Positions 63,861 to 64,000 of a stretch of 64,000 nucleotides of DNA are shown here, one piece after another. The notes beneath the pieces are model-generated. The model worked only from the letters and a program-made list of their open reading frames with translations. It was not told the DNA's origin and did no database searches. Source of the stretch: Podarcis melisellensis (Eukaryota); NCBI GenBank assembly GCA_964234715.1, contig OZ174281.1. One strand, 5' to 3'. Each line of letters opens with the position of its first letter. Position 1 is the first letter of the stretch. A program made the position numbers and the translations under genes.

Positions 63861-64000
63861 GGTGCATAGCGGGGCAACTTCTAACATTTTGTTTTTTGTT
63901 TTGTGCGTTGCTCATTTTGCAATATACAGTTGTGTTGTTTTTAATCTTATTTTCATCTAGCTTTTAGGAATGTTATTGTTTTTATGTAAACCACTTTTTT

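Noticed and set aside
1-64000. Intronic miRNAs known from mammalian VPS13B (miR-599/miR-875), CRISPR arrays and prokaryote-type systems
   Set aside because: No matching hairpin recognised, and as I recall those miRNAs lie in a more 5' intron. The DNA is eukaryotic with no repeat-spacer array or operon structure.

Overview
Vertebrate (squamate, very likely lacertid lizard) genomic DNA. The whole window lies inside one large minus-strand gene, VPS13B (COH1, a bridge-like lipid transfer protein). I mapped 18 consecutive internal coding exons between 53600 and 3420 (about 3,488 nt, about 1,160 codons) by splice sites, phase continuity and recalled similarity to human VPS13B. They encode the central-to-C-terminal part of the protein, including the VAB/SHR-BD region; start and stop codons lie outside the window. 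Introns carry squamate repeats: Sauria/Squam1 SINEs, Squam3 SINEs, CR1, L2 and BovB LINE fragments, hAT and Tc1/mariner MITEs, and microsatellites. Almost all short ORFs in the track are chance or repeat-derived. I found no convincing undescribed biological system. The best leads are: an exon with a GC donor and a NAGNAG acceptor; an N-gap whose size exactly fits the hidden part of a conserved exon; a perfect 58-bp MITE hairpin next to an exon; inverted SINE/MITE pairs bracketing exons (possible circRNA); and CpG- and motif-rich intronic blocks that may be enhancers. All similarities to known sequences are from memory, not from searches.
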